64,000 nt of DNA from an uncultured Candidatus Rokubacteria bacterium (GTDB lineage Bacteria; Methylomirabilota; Methylomirabilia; Rokubacteriales; CSP1-6). Below are positions 28,297 to 38,138 of the stretch, piece by piece (the first letter of the stretch is position 1; each line of letters opens with the position of its first letter). Below the pieces are notes generated by a model. It saw only the letters and a program-made list of their open reading frames with translations, made no database searches and had not been told where the DNA came from. Made by a program: the position numbers and the translations under genes. The stretch covers positions 160,001-224,000 of the forward strand of contig CAVWFS010000018.1 of the NCBI GenBank assembly GCA_963754315.1, written 5' to 3'.

Positions 28297-29250
28297 TTAC
28301 CGATCGACCGGCGCCGCGCGCTGCTTGACCCCGCAGCCGGGGCAGAACAGCTCTGCGCCGGTCAGGGCGCACCCGCACTGCGTACAGAAGCGCGCCCCCA
28401 CTCCGGGGGCCGGGGCGGGTGCAACATGGCGCATCGTCCGCACTCGTTCGTATTCCCCGCCGTCGATCCATTGCAGTAGCTCGTGCGCCCGCATCACGGT
28501 CCAGGGATGAGTCTGCCCCAGCCCGCTCAGAAGCTTGGCCGCCCAGTCGATCCAGGTGTCGTCGAGGGCCTCGAACTGACGCGCTTGCGCGATGAAGTCT
28601 TCCGTGTTGATGGCGCTGTAGAAGCGCTGGGGGAGTCCGGCCAGCTTCATCATGGCGCTGATGGCCGCCGAGACGTCTTGGCCGCCGAGCAATCCGGCTC
28701 GATCGGCGGTCAGCTCGGACATTTGCTGCCATTTGAGGATAGCCAACTGCAGCGGCGTCCAGAGCAAATTGCCGATGCCGAACGTCGCCTGCCCGATCAC
28801 CTCGCCGATCACGGGCAAGAAGGCGGCGATCTGGTAGTAGAGGACGTGACCGCTCTTGATATGACCGAGCTCGTGGGCGATGACGAAGTCGAGCTCGGCT
28901 GGCGTGAGGGCGTCGACGGCCGACGTGGTGAGCACCAGGATCGGGTGCTCGACCCCGGCCGTCATAGCGTTGATCTCTCCTGGTTGGATGTAGATCTCCG
29001 GAATCCTCGGCAGGTCGAGAATCTCGCCGGCCTCCAGCACTTTGCCGTGAATGTCGGGGAAGTTGTCACTGGTGACCCGCAGGTAGCTTCCCGTGTACTG
29101 CACGCGCATCAGCCGCTCGAGGCCGTACTCGTTGCACGCCCGAACCAGGCTGTCCAACCCGGTCGTGCCCTGCAGGGCGTCGAGCGCTTGTTGATCCGAC
29201 GGGTGCTCGTAGGTCTGGGGTCGAAGCCCGGCCAGCTTCTGGCGCTCCAT
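28297..29250 (-). CDS. M48-family zinc metallopeptidase with C-terminal zinc ribbon
   Basis: YEHPSD, INAMTAG, FVIAHELGHIKSGH (HExxH), SELTADRAG, THP, then FCTQCG...FCPGCG. Confidence 0.9.
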   Translation of the reverse strand: MERQKLAGLRPQTYEHPSDQQALDALQGTTGLDSLVRACNEYGLERLMRVQYTGSYLRVTSDNFPDIHGKVLEAGEILDLPRIPEIYIQPGEINAMTAGVEHPILVLTTSAVDALTPAELDFVIAHELGHIKSGHVLYYQIAAFLPVIGEVIGQATFGIGNLLWTPLQLAILKWQQMSELTADRAGLLGGQDVSAAISAMMKLAGLPQRFYSAINTEDFIAQARQFEALDDTWIDWAAKLLSGLGQTHPWTVMRAHELLQWIDGGEYERVRTMRHVAPAPAPGVGARFCTQCGCALTGAELFCPGCGVKQRAAPVDR

Positions 29251-29258
29251 GGCGGGGG

Positions 29259-29636
29259 CTACCAGAGTGGTGACTTGCCGCTGGCGACCTTGTACGCGTC
29301 GAGTGCAGACCAGATCGCCACGGCAAGATAGACCAGCCCATACGTGAAGACGCCCCCCACGATGGCCACCGCCAGCATCACCAGTCCTTTCTTGACGTCG
29401 CCATTGTAGAACTGCCCGACACCGGCGAGCACGAGCGAGAGCACCACGGCGATGGTCGGGTTCTTTCCTGCGGCGTACCGCTTGCCACCCGCGGCAGTGG
29501 GAACACCCCCGCCCCGCATCCGCGGATCGGGGGCCGAGGGAGCCGCCACCGGCGGCGGCGCGGCGGTGGCAGTGCCACACTTCTGGCAGAACTTGGCCGT
29601 CTCGTCGTTCTGGGTGCCGCAGCGTGGGCAGAACAT
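29259..29636 (-). CDS. Zinc-ribbon + TM2-like membrane protein
   Basis: MFCPRCGTQNDETAKFCQKCG, Pro/Ala linker, KNPTIAVVLSLVLAGVGQFYNG...KKG, TM helices. GGAGG RBS. Confidence 0.85.
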   Translation of the reverse strand: MFCPRCGTQNDETAKFCQKCGTATAAPPPVAAPSAPDPRMRGGGVPTAAGGKRYAAGKNPTIAVVLSLVLAGVGQFYNGDVKKGLVMLAVAIVGGVFTYGLVYLAVAIWSALDAYKVASGKSPLW

Positions 29637-29706
29637 CAGCTGCACCTCCGGTCTCGGTCGACGCTTAGAGCCCTTAGGGCGGGGCGCGTGACCCCGGCCG
29701 GGGATG

Positions 29707-29758
29707 AAGATAGCACCTGGCGGGGCCGGATCGAAACGAGGATTTGCCGTGCTATCGT
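29707..29758. promoter_or_regulatory. Possible back-to-back extended -10 elements for divergent promoters
   Basis: GATAGCAC (29709-29716) and GTGCTATC (29749-29756) form an inverted pair. Each reads TGCTATCnT toward one of the divergent genes. Confidence 0.3.
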
Positions 29759-29782
29759 GACCAAGACGGGAGGTCGCCGAGG

Positions 29783-31117
29783 ATGAGCGAGTCGCTGCCC
29801 TTTCACCTGCGTGGCAACTACGCGCCTGTTCGGCAGGAGGTCAGCGCCTTCGATCTCCCGATGGAGGGCACCCTCCCTCGTACGCTACGGGGGCGATATG
29901 TACGCAACGGCCCCAACCCGAAGACGGGCTTTTCCCCCCACTGGTTCGTGGGGGACGGCATGCTGCACGGAGTGGAGTTGCGCGACGGCCGCGCCGTCTG
30001 GTACCGGAATCGCTGGGTCCGCACGCGCGCCCTCGTCGAGGATGCGCCCGCCCATGGCCCTACGGGCGAGCGCGATCGAACGGTAGGTCGGGCCAACACC
30101 CACGTGATCAGCCACGCCGGGCGCATCTTCGCGCTGGTGGAGTCGTCGTTTCCGACCGCGGTCACTCCCGAGCTAGACACGCTTGGCCCCTTCGACTTCG
30201 AGGGGCGTCTCACCACGGCCATGACAGCCCACCCCAAGCTCTGTCCTCGGACGGGTGAGCTGCACTTCTTCGGTTATGCCTACCTGCCACCCTTCCTGAC
30301 GTATCACCGCGCGGACGCGAGTGGTCGGCTCGTCCAGAGCGAGGTCATCGAGGTGCCGGGCCCGACGATGATCCACGACTTTGCCATCACCGAGGGGTAC
30401 GTGGTGTTCATGGACCTGCCCGTGATCTTCGATCTCGCCCTGGCCCAGGCGGGCACCATGCCGTATCGGTGGAGCGACGACTACGGGGCGCGCCTGGGCA
30501 TCATGCCGCGTGGGGGGACGAGCGCCCGCGTGCGCTGGTTCGAGATCGAGCCCTGCTACGTTTTCCATCCCCTGAACGCTTTCGAGGAGGCAGGGCATCT
30601 CATAGTCGACGTCGTCCGGTATCCGGAGTTGTGGCGGCAGGGTGCTGCGACGTTTGCTCAGGCGAGCTTGCATCGCTGGCGTCTCGACCTCGCGGCCGGC
30701 GGGGTGCGCGAGCAGATGCTGGATGACCGCGCCATCGAATTTCCGCGCTGCGACGACCGTCGGATCGGCCTCGCGAATCGCTACGGCTACGCCGTCTACA
30801 CCGAGCGCGGAGCAGACGAGAACACCGGGACCTCACTCGTCAAGTATGACCTCCAAGCGGGGCCCTCCGAGATTCACGACTTCGGAGCGGGCCGCGTCCC
30901 CGCCGAGGGCGTCTTCGTCCCCGCCTCGGCGGGAGCCGCCGAGGACGACGGCTGGGTGATGACGTACGTCTACGATGCTGCCCGCGACGGCAGTGACCTC
31001 GTCATTCTCGATGCCTCGGACTTCGCGGGGAAACCGGCGGCGACCATCAGGTTGCCTCAGCGTGTGCCGTTCGGCTTTCACGGAAGCTGGATACCTGACC
31101 CCGCTGACGCTGACTGA
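29783..31117 (+). CDS. Carotenoid cleavage oxygenase (RPE65/lignostilbene dioxygenase) family
   Basis: GNYAPV, RNGPNP, HWFVGDGMLH, TAHPK, MIHDFA, YVFHPLNA, EFPR, RVPFGFHGSW: the four Fe-binding His. Confidence 0.93.
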   Translation: MSESLPFHLRGNYAPVRQEVSAFDLPMEGTLPRTLRGRYVRNGPNPKTGFSPHWFVGDGMLHGVELRDGRAVWYRNRWVRTRALVEDAPAHGPTGERDRTVGRANTHVISHAGRIFALVESSFPTAVTPELDTLGPFDFEGRLTTAMTAHPKLCPRTGELHFFGYAYLPPFLTYHRADASGRLVQSEVIEVPGPTMIHDFAITEGYVVFMDLPVIFDLALAQAGTMPYRWSDDYGARLGIMPRGGTSARVRWFEIEPCYVFHPLNAFEEAGHLIVDVVRYPELWRQGAATFAQASLHRWRLDLAAGGVREQMLDDRAIEFPRCDDRRIGLANRYGYAVYTERGADENTGTSLVKYDLQAGPSEIHDFGAGRVPAEGVFVPASAGAAEDDGWVMTYVYDAARDGSDLVILDASDFAGKPAATIRLPQRVPFGFHGSWIPDPADAD

Positions 31118-31167
31118 AGAGATGATACGAACGCCCGCGAGGGCCCTGGCTCGTTAGGCGCCCCTCC

Positions 31168-34053
31168 TCAAGCCCGGCGCTTCGTCCGGCCCGGTGGCTG
31201 GCCTCGCCCTCGAACGTGCCGTCCGCGCGCTCGTCGGCTGGTCTTCGTTCGTGCGTCCTGGCCGTGTCCCCCGAGCTTGGTCCAGATCGCTCGAAGGGCA
31301 TTGCAGGCGGCGGCACCTTCATTGCCCCCGAGCTTCCGGAGCAGGTCGGCCGTGGCTTTGAGCTGGCTCAGGGTCGAGTCCAGCTCGCGGACACTCGGGG
31401 GGGTGCTCCGCCGGACGGCCTCGTACTCTTGCACGAGCGAGGCCACGGTGTCCGACGCGGCTAGGGTGCCATCGAGCAGCGCACGAAGAACGGCAACGTC
31501 GGCCGGCCCCACCGCATCCCAGAAGCTTCGCGTGACGGTGAAACGCGCGGCCGCGCCGGCCTCCATCCGGGCCAGCCAGACATCGGCCGCAGGCACGCGC
31601 CCTCCGAGCAACGCCTCGCCAGTGATCCAGTTCAGGACCGTGTAGTGGTCGGTAGTGTTCGTTCTGCGAGTCGCCTGTACGGCCTTGCGGTAGCAGTCAC
31701 GCGAGGCCGTAAGGGCGGCCCGGACCTCGGCCGGGTCGGTGAGGACAAGGGCGAGTCGCTTGTGGGCACTTCCAAGCAGAGCCAGACGTTCGCTGGTCTC
31801 GCCGATCTTGAGCAGGAGCCCGAGCCGGCCGATCGCGTGGTCGATGGGTGCTCGCGCTCCGGTCTTCTCCCCCCAGCGGGCTTCCAGGTTGGCCCACTGC
31901 TCGACCTGGCGCACGCTCACCCGAGCTGTGCCGCTGGGAGCAGCGAGGGCACGCTGATAGTGCCAGGTCGCTTGATCGAAGTCACCGAGCTCGCCGTAGG
32001 CTTCGGCGAGCGCGGCCAGGACGTCTCCGCGTGTAAGCCACTCCGGTGGACAGTTCTTCAGCAGACGCGCAAGACGCGTGGTTTGTCCCCGTTTAGGATC
32101 GAGGGCGGCCCGCTCGGCGATCGTGTTCAGCTCGTTGACGACCTCCTCCGGGGCCACGAAAGCGAACGGCTCTTCGGCGTCAGCGGACTCCGACGCCAGC
32201 CTGAGCCTGAAATCCGGGTCACCGTACGCCTGGTAGGCGCCCCAGGTATTGCAGTCGGGGAAGGCGTCGTAGGTCTTCCGTCGCGCCTCGAGAAGGGAAC
32301 GCCCGAACGTGTCGCCGACGAGCATCCGCTCATAGAAGATCCGCGCGAACACCTTGGCCGGATCGTCTCGAACGGCCCAGCCGGCCGCCACCACAGCGCG
32401 CACACCCATCTGGATGAGCTCGCGGGAGACGCTGGCGGCTAGCTTGTTGAAGGGAACCTCGACTCCGACCTGACCGATGTGACAGCAATTCAGGAAGACG
32501 AGATCGGGCACCTGCCGCATCTGGCCGATCTCGACGGCGCTGAGGAACACACCGTCCTGCAGCACCAGGCCGCTGCGCCCCTCCGTGTGACCCGGCCGAG
32601 GAGGTTGGTAGTAGCCGTGCCCCGCCAGATGCAAGATGCGATAGGGGCGGGCAAAGAGGTCGTTGAGGACCTCGAGGGCGGTGGGACGCTGATCGCTGTG
32701 GGTCACTCGATAGCGGTGCCGCGTGAGCAGATCCGCCACCAGGACAGCCTCAGCCCGCGCCTGAGGCAGCTCCGGGATGCCGGGGCCGGTGAGCGGATCA
32801 CCGACCACGTAGGCTTCGTTTGTGGTGCTGGCGCGGATCTGCTGGCGATAGGTGGCGGTGGCGAGCTGGCGGACCATGCCGATCTTGGCGCTCAATGGCT
32901 CCTGACGGTCCACCATGAGCTCCCACGGGTAGATGGCGGTGCTGCTGTCCACGATCAGGACGAGCCATGACTGCTGGGCCAGCGTATCCTTGAGCTCGTT
33001 GGGCACGAGCAGCTCGAAGAGGGTGTTGGCCGCGTCGGACTTGAACTGTATCTCGCGGACCGAGGTGGCGACCAGGCGATCGATCGCCTCGAGCTGGCGT
33101 GGCTGCATGATGATCTCGGCGCGAGCCCGGTCGGACAGGGCGAGGAAGCGGAGTCGGCCCCCTGAGCTCCCGCGTCTCCAGGGTCGGGCGAGGAAGTCGA
33201 GGAAGGGCTCGGCTTGCTGGGGCTGATCCTTGATGGTCTGGGACACGCTCTCGATGAGCTGTTCGAGTACCGCGGGTTCCATGGGAGGCGTTGACAAACC
33301 CTCGCCGTCCTCGACCAGGGTGATCTCGACCCGACGCCAGTAGTCGCGATAGCGCGCGTGGCGCAGGCGTTCTTGCCGGCCTCGAGCCGTGCGCAGACGG
33401 GCAGCCGCCTCGATGGCCACGCCGAATTCCCGCTCGAGAAGGGGAACGAGTCGGGTCGTGGCCCGACACGCCTCGATGGCGGCGTCGGCAAACAGCTCGA
33501 CGATCTCGAGATCGGTGAGGTGGACGTCACCGCCGAAGAGCTGGCTGACCTCTAGATTCGCGCGCGTCACCCCCCGCACGATGGCTCCCACCGAATCCTC
33601 GACCCCGATGCTGCTCGAGGAGGTTACCCCGATGAGGAGGACGCTCAGCCCCAGGGGGGCGGTGGCGGAGGAAACCCCGCGTCCGCCCAGCAGGCGGCGC
33701 ACTTCGGCGATGTGCATGATGTAGGTCAACGCTCCCCGCCGTGAGACTTCGGCCAGCGTGTTGGGATTCAGGTCTCCCATCTTCCCGAGCCCGATCACGA
33801 CGGCTCCCTCCGGGCTGTCCTCACGTCGAAGCCCTCGGGACAGGCCGCCAAGGAACACAGCGGACGTGCCGAGCTCGCCGGGGTAGAGCCCCAGCTGGTA
33901 GCGGTGGGACAAGCCTCCGTCGAGTCGGCGGTCGATGTGCGCTTCCGCGCCGGCGATGGTGTCCCCTTCGTAGTGACCCACCATGACCGGGTAGCTGGCG
34001 TAGCGGAGATCGCCGTGCAGTACCCAGACTCGGAGCGCGGGTGAGGCGGGCAC
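31168..34053 (-). CDS. Large CHAT-domain (caspase-like) protease with C-terminal TPR-like repeats
   Basis: LFELLVPNELK, YPWEL, LPQARAEA, ILHLAGHG (His), LVFLNCCH (Cys), GVRAVVAAGWAVRD, WGAYQAYGDP. Then AEAYGELGDFDQA..HYQRAL and LLGSAHKRLA TPR-like helices. Confidence 0.9.
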   Translation of the reverse strand: MPASPALRVWVLHGDLRYASYPVMVGHYEGDTIAGAEAHIDRRLDGGLSHRYQLGLYPGELGTSAVFLGGLSRGLRREDSPEGAVVIGLGKMGDLNPNTLAEVSRRGALTYIMHIAEVRRLLGGRGVSSATAPLGLSVLLIGVTSSSSIGVEDSVGAIVRGVTRANLEVSQLFGGDVHLTDLEIVELFADAAIEACRATTRLVPLLEREFGVAIEAAARLRTARGRQERLRHARYRDYWRRVEITLVEDGEGLSTPPMEPAVLEQLIESVSQTIKDQPQQAEPFLDFLARPWRRGSSGGRLRFLALSDRARAEIIMQPRQLEAIDRLVATSVREIQFKSDAANTLFELLVPNELKDTLAQQSWLVLIVDSSTAIYPWELMVDRQEPLSAKIGMVRQLATATYRQQIRASTTNEAYVVGDPLTGPGIPELPQARAEAVLVADLLTRHRYRVTHSDQRPTALEVLNDLFARPYRILHLAGHGYYQPPRPGHTEGRSGLVLQDGVFLSAVEIGQMRQVPDLVFLNCCHIGQVGVEVPFNKLAASVSRELIQMGVRAVVAAGWAVRDDPAKVFARIFYERMLVGDTFGRSLLEARRKTYDAFPDCNTWGAYQAYGDPDFRLRLASESADAEEPFAFVAPEEVVNELNTIAERAALDPKRGQTTRLARLLKNCPPEWLTRGDVLAALAEAYGELGDFDQATWHYQRALAAPSGTARVSVRQVEQWANLEARWGEKTGARAPIDHAIGRLGLLLKIGETSERLALLGSAHKRLALVLTDPAEVRAALTASRDCYRKAVQATRRTNTTDHYTVLNWITGEALLGGRVPAADVWLARMEAGAAARFTVTRSFWDAVGPADVAVLRALLDGTLAASDTVASLVQEYEAVRRSTPPSVRELDSTLSQLKATADLLRKLGGNEGAAACNALRAIWTKLGGHGQDARTKTSRRARGRHVRGRGQPPGRTKRRA

Positions 34054-34217
34054 GCGTACTAGCGGGAGCGGTCGACCACGCGAGTGGCCGTCTCGATCAG
34101 CGAGCGGAACATGATCGTCATCTCGAGACCGCCTCCTGTCAATTCTCGTCCGGCGTAGCGACTAGCTTCGTCCAATTCGTCGGCCGAAACAACTGTCCTT
34201 CGCGTAGCATCTCCCTG

Positions 34218-34991
34218 ATGGCTGCCACGCGTCGCTTCGACTATGACGAAGGTGACATCCACCAGACCTACCGGACCGGGCGGGCGCTGAGCCGCGAACA
34301 GATCGATTTCTGGTCGGCTCTGCTGCGGGCCGCGGTGACGTCTCGTCCCCGGCTGATCCTGGACGTCGGGTGCGGGGTCGGACGCTTCTCAGGAATGCTC
34401 CGCGATCTCTTCGAAGCGTCGGTTGTCGGCCTCGACCCGTCCGAGCGGATGTTGGCCGCCGCCCGGCTCGACCCGGCCCTGGCCGGGATCGGATGGATCC
34501 GGGGAAGCGCGGAAGCCTTGCCGATTGGTGTCGAGCGCGCCGATTTGCTGCTCCTGTTTCTCGTCTATCACCACCTCGCGGACCGACCGGCAGCGCTCCA
34601 GGAGTGCCGCCGGACGCTGGCCAGAGAGGGGGCCCTCCTCGTCGTCACCTCGACCCTCGAGACTCTCGATTCGTATCTGTGGCTGCCGTTCTTCCCGTCA
34701 GCACGCGACATCGATCGCGCGCGCCTGCCCGGTCGCGCCGGACTCATCCATACTGCCCAGGAAGCACGACTACGCCTGCGCTGGCACCGCACGGTGGCCA
34801 ACCCGGTGGCCAGCAGTCTTCGTGCTTACGCCGCCCGCATCGCCTCCCGCACGATCTCGACCTTGCAGGTCGTGCCCGACGACGAGTTCGCGCGCGGCAT
34901 CGTCGAGTTCAAGAATTTTTGCGAGAGGGAGGATCGTGGGCAGCCCGTGCACGATGAGATCGATGTCTTTCTCTTCGCCAGACTCGAATAG
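34218..34991 (+). CDS. Class I SAM-dependent methyltransferase
   Basis: ILDVGCGVG, GLDPSERML, GSAEALP, VYHHL. Confidence 0.88.
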   Translation: MAATRRFDYDEGDIHQTYRTGRALSREQIDFWSALLRAAVTSRPRLILDVGCGVGRFSGMLRDLFEASVVGLDPSERMLAAARLDPALAGIGWIRGSAEALPIGVERADLLLLFLVYHHLADRPAALQECRRTLAREGALLVVTSTLETLDSYLWLPFFPSARDIDRARLPGRAGLIHTAQEARLRLRWHRTVANPVASSLRAYAARIASRTISTLQVVPDDEFARGIVEFKNFCEREDRGQPVHDEIDVFLFARLE

Positions 34992-35044
34992 CCCCATGGA
35001 ATTGTCCGCGCCGAGCGCTGCAGGGCCGCGCAGACTCGACGCCC

Positions 35045-35470
35045 TCAGCCCGTCCCGTCTTGAACGTGCAGGGTCGACAGCTTTTGCCGGAAGGCTTCTG
35101 GAATGCGCACGGGGCGTCCCGCTTCCGTGATGAACGCTCCGGTTACCTCGGCCGTGGCCAGCACTCGCGCGTCGGCCGCCGCACGAGCCTCCTGCACCCA
35201 TCGCGTACGGGCGCCATGGATCTCACGGATGTGGGTCAGGATCTCGAGTGTGTCACCGCTGCGGGCAGGGGCGAGAAACCGAACGGAGAGGTCCGTTGCC
35301 ACGAGCAGGTAGCCGAGCTTTCGCATCGCCTCCAGACCCAGTCCGAGCGATTCCAGGGCTTCCACCCGCGCCGTCTCAAAATAGTGGACGTAGTTGGCGT
35401 GATTGACGTGACCGTAGGCGTCGACCTCGTAGTACCGGACTTTCAGGCAAAGCTGCGCCGGTGCTCCCAT
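35045..35470 (-). CDS. Acyl-CoA thioesterase (YbgC/FadM hotdog family)
   Basis: [25 protein letters not shown]. Confidence 0.9.
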   Translation of the reverse strand: MGAPAQLCLKVRYYEVDAYGHVNHANYVHYFETARVEALESLGLGLEAMRKLGYLLVATDLSVRFLAPARSGDTLEILTHIREIHGARTRWVQEARAAADARVLATAEVTGAFITEAGRPVRIPEAFRQKLSTLHVQDGTG

Positions 35471-35570
35471 CCGGCAATCTTACTCCGGACGGAGGGATGC
35501 TCGGGCCTACCAGAGGCCCTCGTTCCTCGCCGGGGCACGGCGGGCCCGCCCCCGCTATACTGAGCTGACC

Positions 35571-36917
35571 ATGAGTTACAACGCGTGGTTTCAGTGCATC
35601 AACGGCTGTCCCGGACAGTACAGCCTGCTCGAGGTGATCTATCGCTGTCCCACGTGCGGGGACCTCCTCGAGGTTCAGCACGACATCGAGGCGCTGCGCA
35701 GTCGCTCGGCGGCGGCGTGGATCCAGCTGTTCGACGACCGCTACCGGCGCAACATCTATCCCTATGGTTCGGGGGTGTGGGGCAAGAAGGAATGGGTGAT
35801 GCCCTTCCTCGACAACGAGAACGTCGTGTCGATGTATGAGGGAACATCCAACCTGTTGTGGGCCGACCGCTACGGAAAGCAGCTCCACCTGGATGATCTG
35901 TGGGTCAAGCAGTGCGGGAATTCCCACACGGGATCCTTCAAGGATCTCGGGATGACCGTGCTCGTATCCGTCGTCAAGCAAATGATGGCTCAGGGGGCGC
36001 CGATCGACGCCGTTGCCTGCGCCTCCACCGGCGATACCTCGGCCGCCCTCGGCGCCTACTGCGCGGCGGCTGGGATCCCGGCCGTGGTCCTCCTGCCGAG
36101 GAACAAGGTCTCGATTGCGCAGCTCGTGCAACCTCTGGCTAATGGGGCCCTCGTGCTCTCGCTGGACACCGACTTCGACGGGTGCATGGCCGTCGTGCAG
36201 GAGATCACTCGGGAGCGGCGGATCTACCTTGCCAACTCGATGAATAGCCTGCGTATCGAGGGTCAGAAGACAGTGGCCGTCGAGATCGTCCAGCAATTCG
36301 ACTGGGAAGTCCCAGCGTGGATCATCATTCCAGGTGGCAACCTGGGGAACGTGCACGCGCTCGGACAAGGCTTCGCCATGATGCATGACCTCGGGCTGAT
36401 CCAGCGCCTCCCGCGTATCTGTCTGGCTCAGGCCGAACGGGCGAACCCGCTCTACCGGGCCTTCCAGCATGGGTTCCAGCGCTTCGAGCCGGTGGTGGCC
36501 CAGCCGACACTGGCTACCGCCATCCAAATCGGCAACCCCGTGAGCGTCAAGCGAGCCATCCGGACCCTCCAGCGGTTTAACGGCGTTGTCGAGCAAGCCT
36601 CCGAGCAGGAGCTGGCTGATGAGGCGGCGCGCGCCGATCGTACCGGCATGTTCAATTGTCCGCATACCGGCGTGGCGCTCGCGGCCTTGCGCAAGCTGGT
36701 CGAGCGCAAGGTCATTCGCGCCAGCGAGCGGGTCGTGGTACTGTCCACCGCGCATGGGCTGAAATTTGCCGATCAGAAAGCGGCCTATCACATGAGCGGC
36801 CTCGACGATATCCGACCCTCTCATCGCAATGCTCCCCTCGAGTTGCCGGCTGACGCGCGCGAAGTGGCGCGGGCTATCACCCGTCATGTCGAGCGGGCTC
36901 GCCTGCTGGTACCGTGA
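35571..36917 (+). CDS. thrC: Threonine synthase (plant-like subtype)
   Basis: [23 protein letters not shown] (PLP Lys), [38 protein letters not shown]. Confidence 0.93.
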   Translation: MSYNAWFQCINGCPGQYSLLEVIYRCPTCGDLLEVQHDIEALRSRSAAAWIQLFDDRYRRNIYPYGSGVWGKKEWVMPFLDNENVVSMYEGTSNLLWADRYGKQLHLDDLWVKQCGNSHTGSFKDLGMTVLVSVVKQMMAQGAPIDAVACASTGDTSAALGAYCAAAGIPAVVLLPRNKVSIAQLVQPLANGALVLSLDTDFDGCMAVVQEITRERRIYLANSMNSLRIEGQKTVAVEIVQQFDWEVPAWIIIPGGNLGNVHALGQGFAMMHDLGLIQRLPRICLAQAERANPLYRAFQHGFQRFEPVVAQPTLATAIQIGNPVSVKRAIRTLQRFNGVVEQASEQELADEAARADRTGMFNCPHTGVALAALRKLVERKVIRASERVVVLSTAHGLKFADQKAAYHMSGLDDIRPSHRNAPLELPADAREVARAITRHVERARLLVP

Positions 36918-38134
36918 CCAGCCGCCGGGCCACCGTCAAGGGAGGAGTCAAGACGCGTCGCCCGCTCCCGGGCCCCAGCACGCTCTCCGTGCACGCCGGC
37001 GAGCCCCGGCCCAAGCCCGGCCACGCGTTGGCAACGCCGATCATGCAGACGGCGACCTACACGTTCGCGAATACGCAGGAGCTGCGGGACCACTTCGACG
37101 GCAAGATCGAGCGGGTGGAATACGGTCGCTATGGCAACCCTACCCAGCGGATCGCAGAGGCGAAGCTCGCTGCTCTCGAAGGCGCCGAGGACTGCCTGCT
37201 GTTCGCCAGTGGCATGGCTGCGGTTACCACGACCCTGTTCGCCATCCTGTCGCGGGGAACCCACGTCGTGGTGACGGATGACAGCTACCGCCGAACCCGG
37301 CAGTTTCTGAACCAGACGCTCCACCGTTATGGAATCGAGGTCTCGACCGTGCCCTCTGGCGACTATGCGGCCTTGGAGGACGCCATTCGACCGACGACGC
37401 GGGCCCTGGTGAGCGAGTCGCCCACCAATCCCTACAACCGCATTCTGGACCTCGACCGCTTCGCCAGCATCGGTCGCCAGCACCGGGTCAAGACGGTGAT
37501 CGATGCCACCTTCGCCACGCCGTACAACCAGCGTCCCCTCGAGTTCGGAGTGGACATCGTCATTCACTCCGCCACCAAGTTTCTGGGGGGCCACAACGAC
37601 TTGCTCGCTGGGGCCGTTCTCGGGTCGCGGGAGCTGGTGGGAGGCGTGCGGGCCCTCCAGGCCGTCACCGGCGCGGTCGTCGACCCCTTTGCCGCGTATT
37701 TGCTCGTCCGCGGGCTCAAGACGTTCGCCCTGCGCCTGGAGCGGCAGAACACCAACGCGCAGGCCCTCGCAGAGTTCCTGGCCGCTCATCCCAAGGTGGT
37801 TGCCGTGCACTATCCGGGGCTGCCGAGCCACTCGGAGCACGACATCGCCCGCAAGCAGATGCGCGGCTTCGGAGGGGTCGTGTCGTTCGAGGTGCGCGGC
37901 GACCTCGAAGCGGCAGCGCGCGTGGTCGACGGTTGTCGCCTCCCCCACATCGCTACCTCGCTGGGCGGGGTGGAAAGTCTGATCGAGCAGCCGGCCGTCA
38001 TGAGCTTCTACGAGCTGACGACGGAGGAGCGCCTGCAGATCGGGATCAAGGACAACCTCATCCGCTATGCCGTGGGCATCGAGGACATCGACGACCTGGT
38101 CGCCGATCTCGCCCAGGCCCTGGAGACCGTCTGA
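36914..38134 (+). CDS. metB: Cystathionine gamma-synthase (Cys/Met PLP family, plant-like)
   Basis: [53 protein letters not shown] overlap with thrC. Confidence 0.82.
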   Translation: MTSRRATVKGGVKTRRPLPGPSTLSVHAGEPRPKPGHALATPIMQTATYTFANTQELRDHFDGKIERVEYGRYGNPTQRIAEAKLAALEGAEDCLLFASGMAAVTTTLFAILSRGTHVVVTDDSYRRTRQFLNQTLHRYGIEVSTVPSGDYAALEDAIRPTTRALVSESPTNPYNRILDLDRFASIGRQHRVKTVIDATFATPYNQRPLEFGVDIVIHSATKFLGGHNDLLAGAVLGSRELVGGVRALQAVTGAVVDPFAAYLLVRGLKTFALRLERQNTNAQALAEFLAAHPKVVAVHYPGLPSHSEHDIARKQMRGFGGVVSFEVRGDLEAAARVVDGCRLPHIATSLGGVESLIEQPAVMSFYELTTEERLQIGIKDNLIRYAVGIEDIDDLVADLAQALETV

Positions 38135-38138
38135 TCAC

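Noticed and set aside
29251..29580. 110-aa N-terminal extension on the M48 peptidase
   Set aside because: It overlaps the Zn-ribbon/TM2 gene in another frame, and homology starts at MERQKL (29250).
35376..36887. 503-aa minus-strand ORF
   Set aside because: Antisense shadow of thrC.
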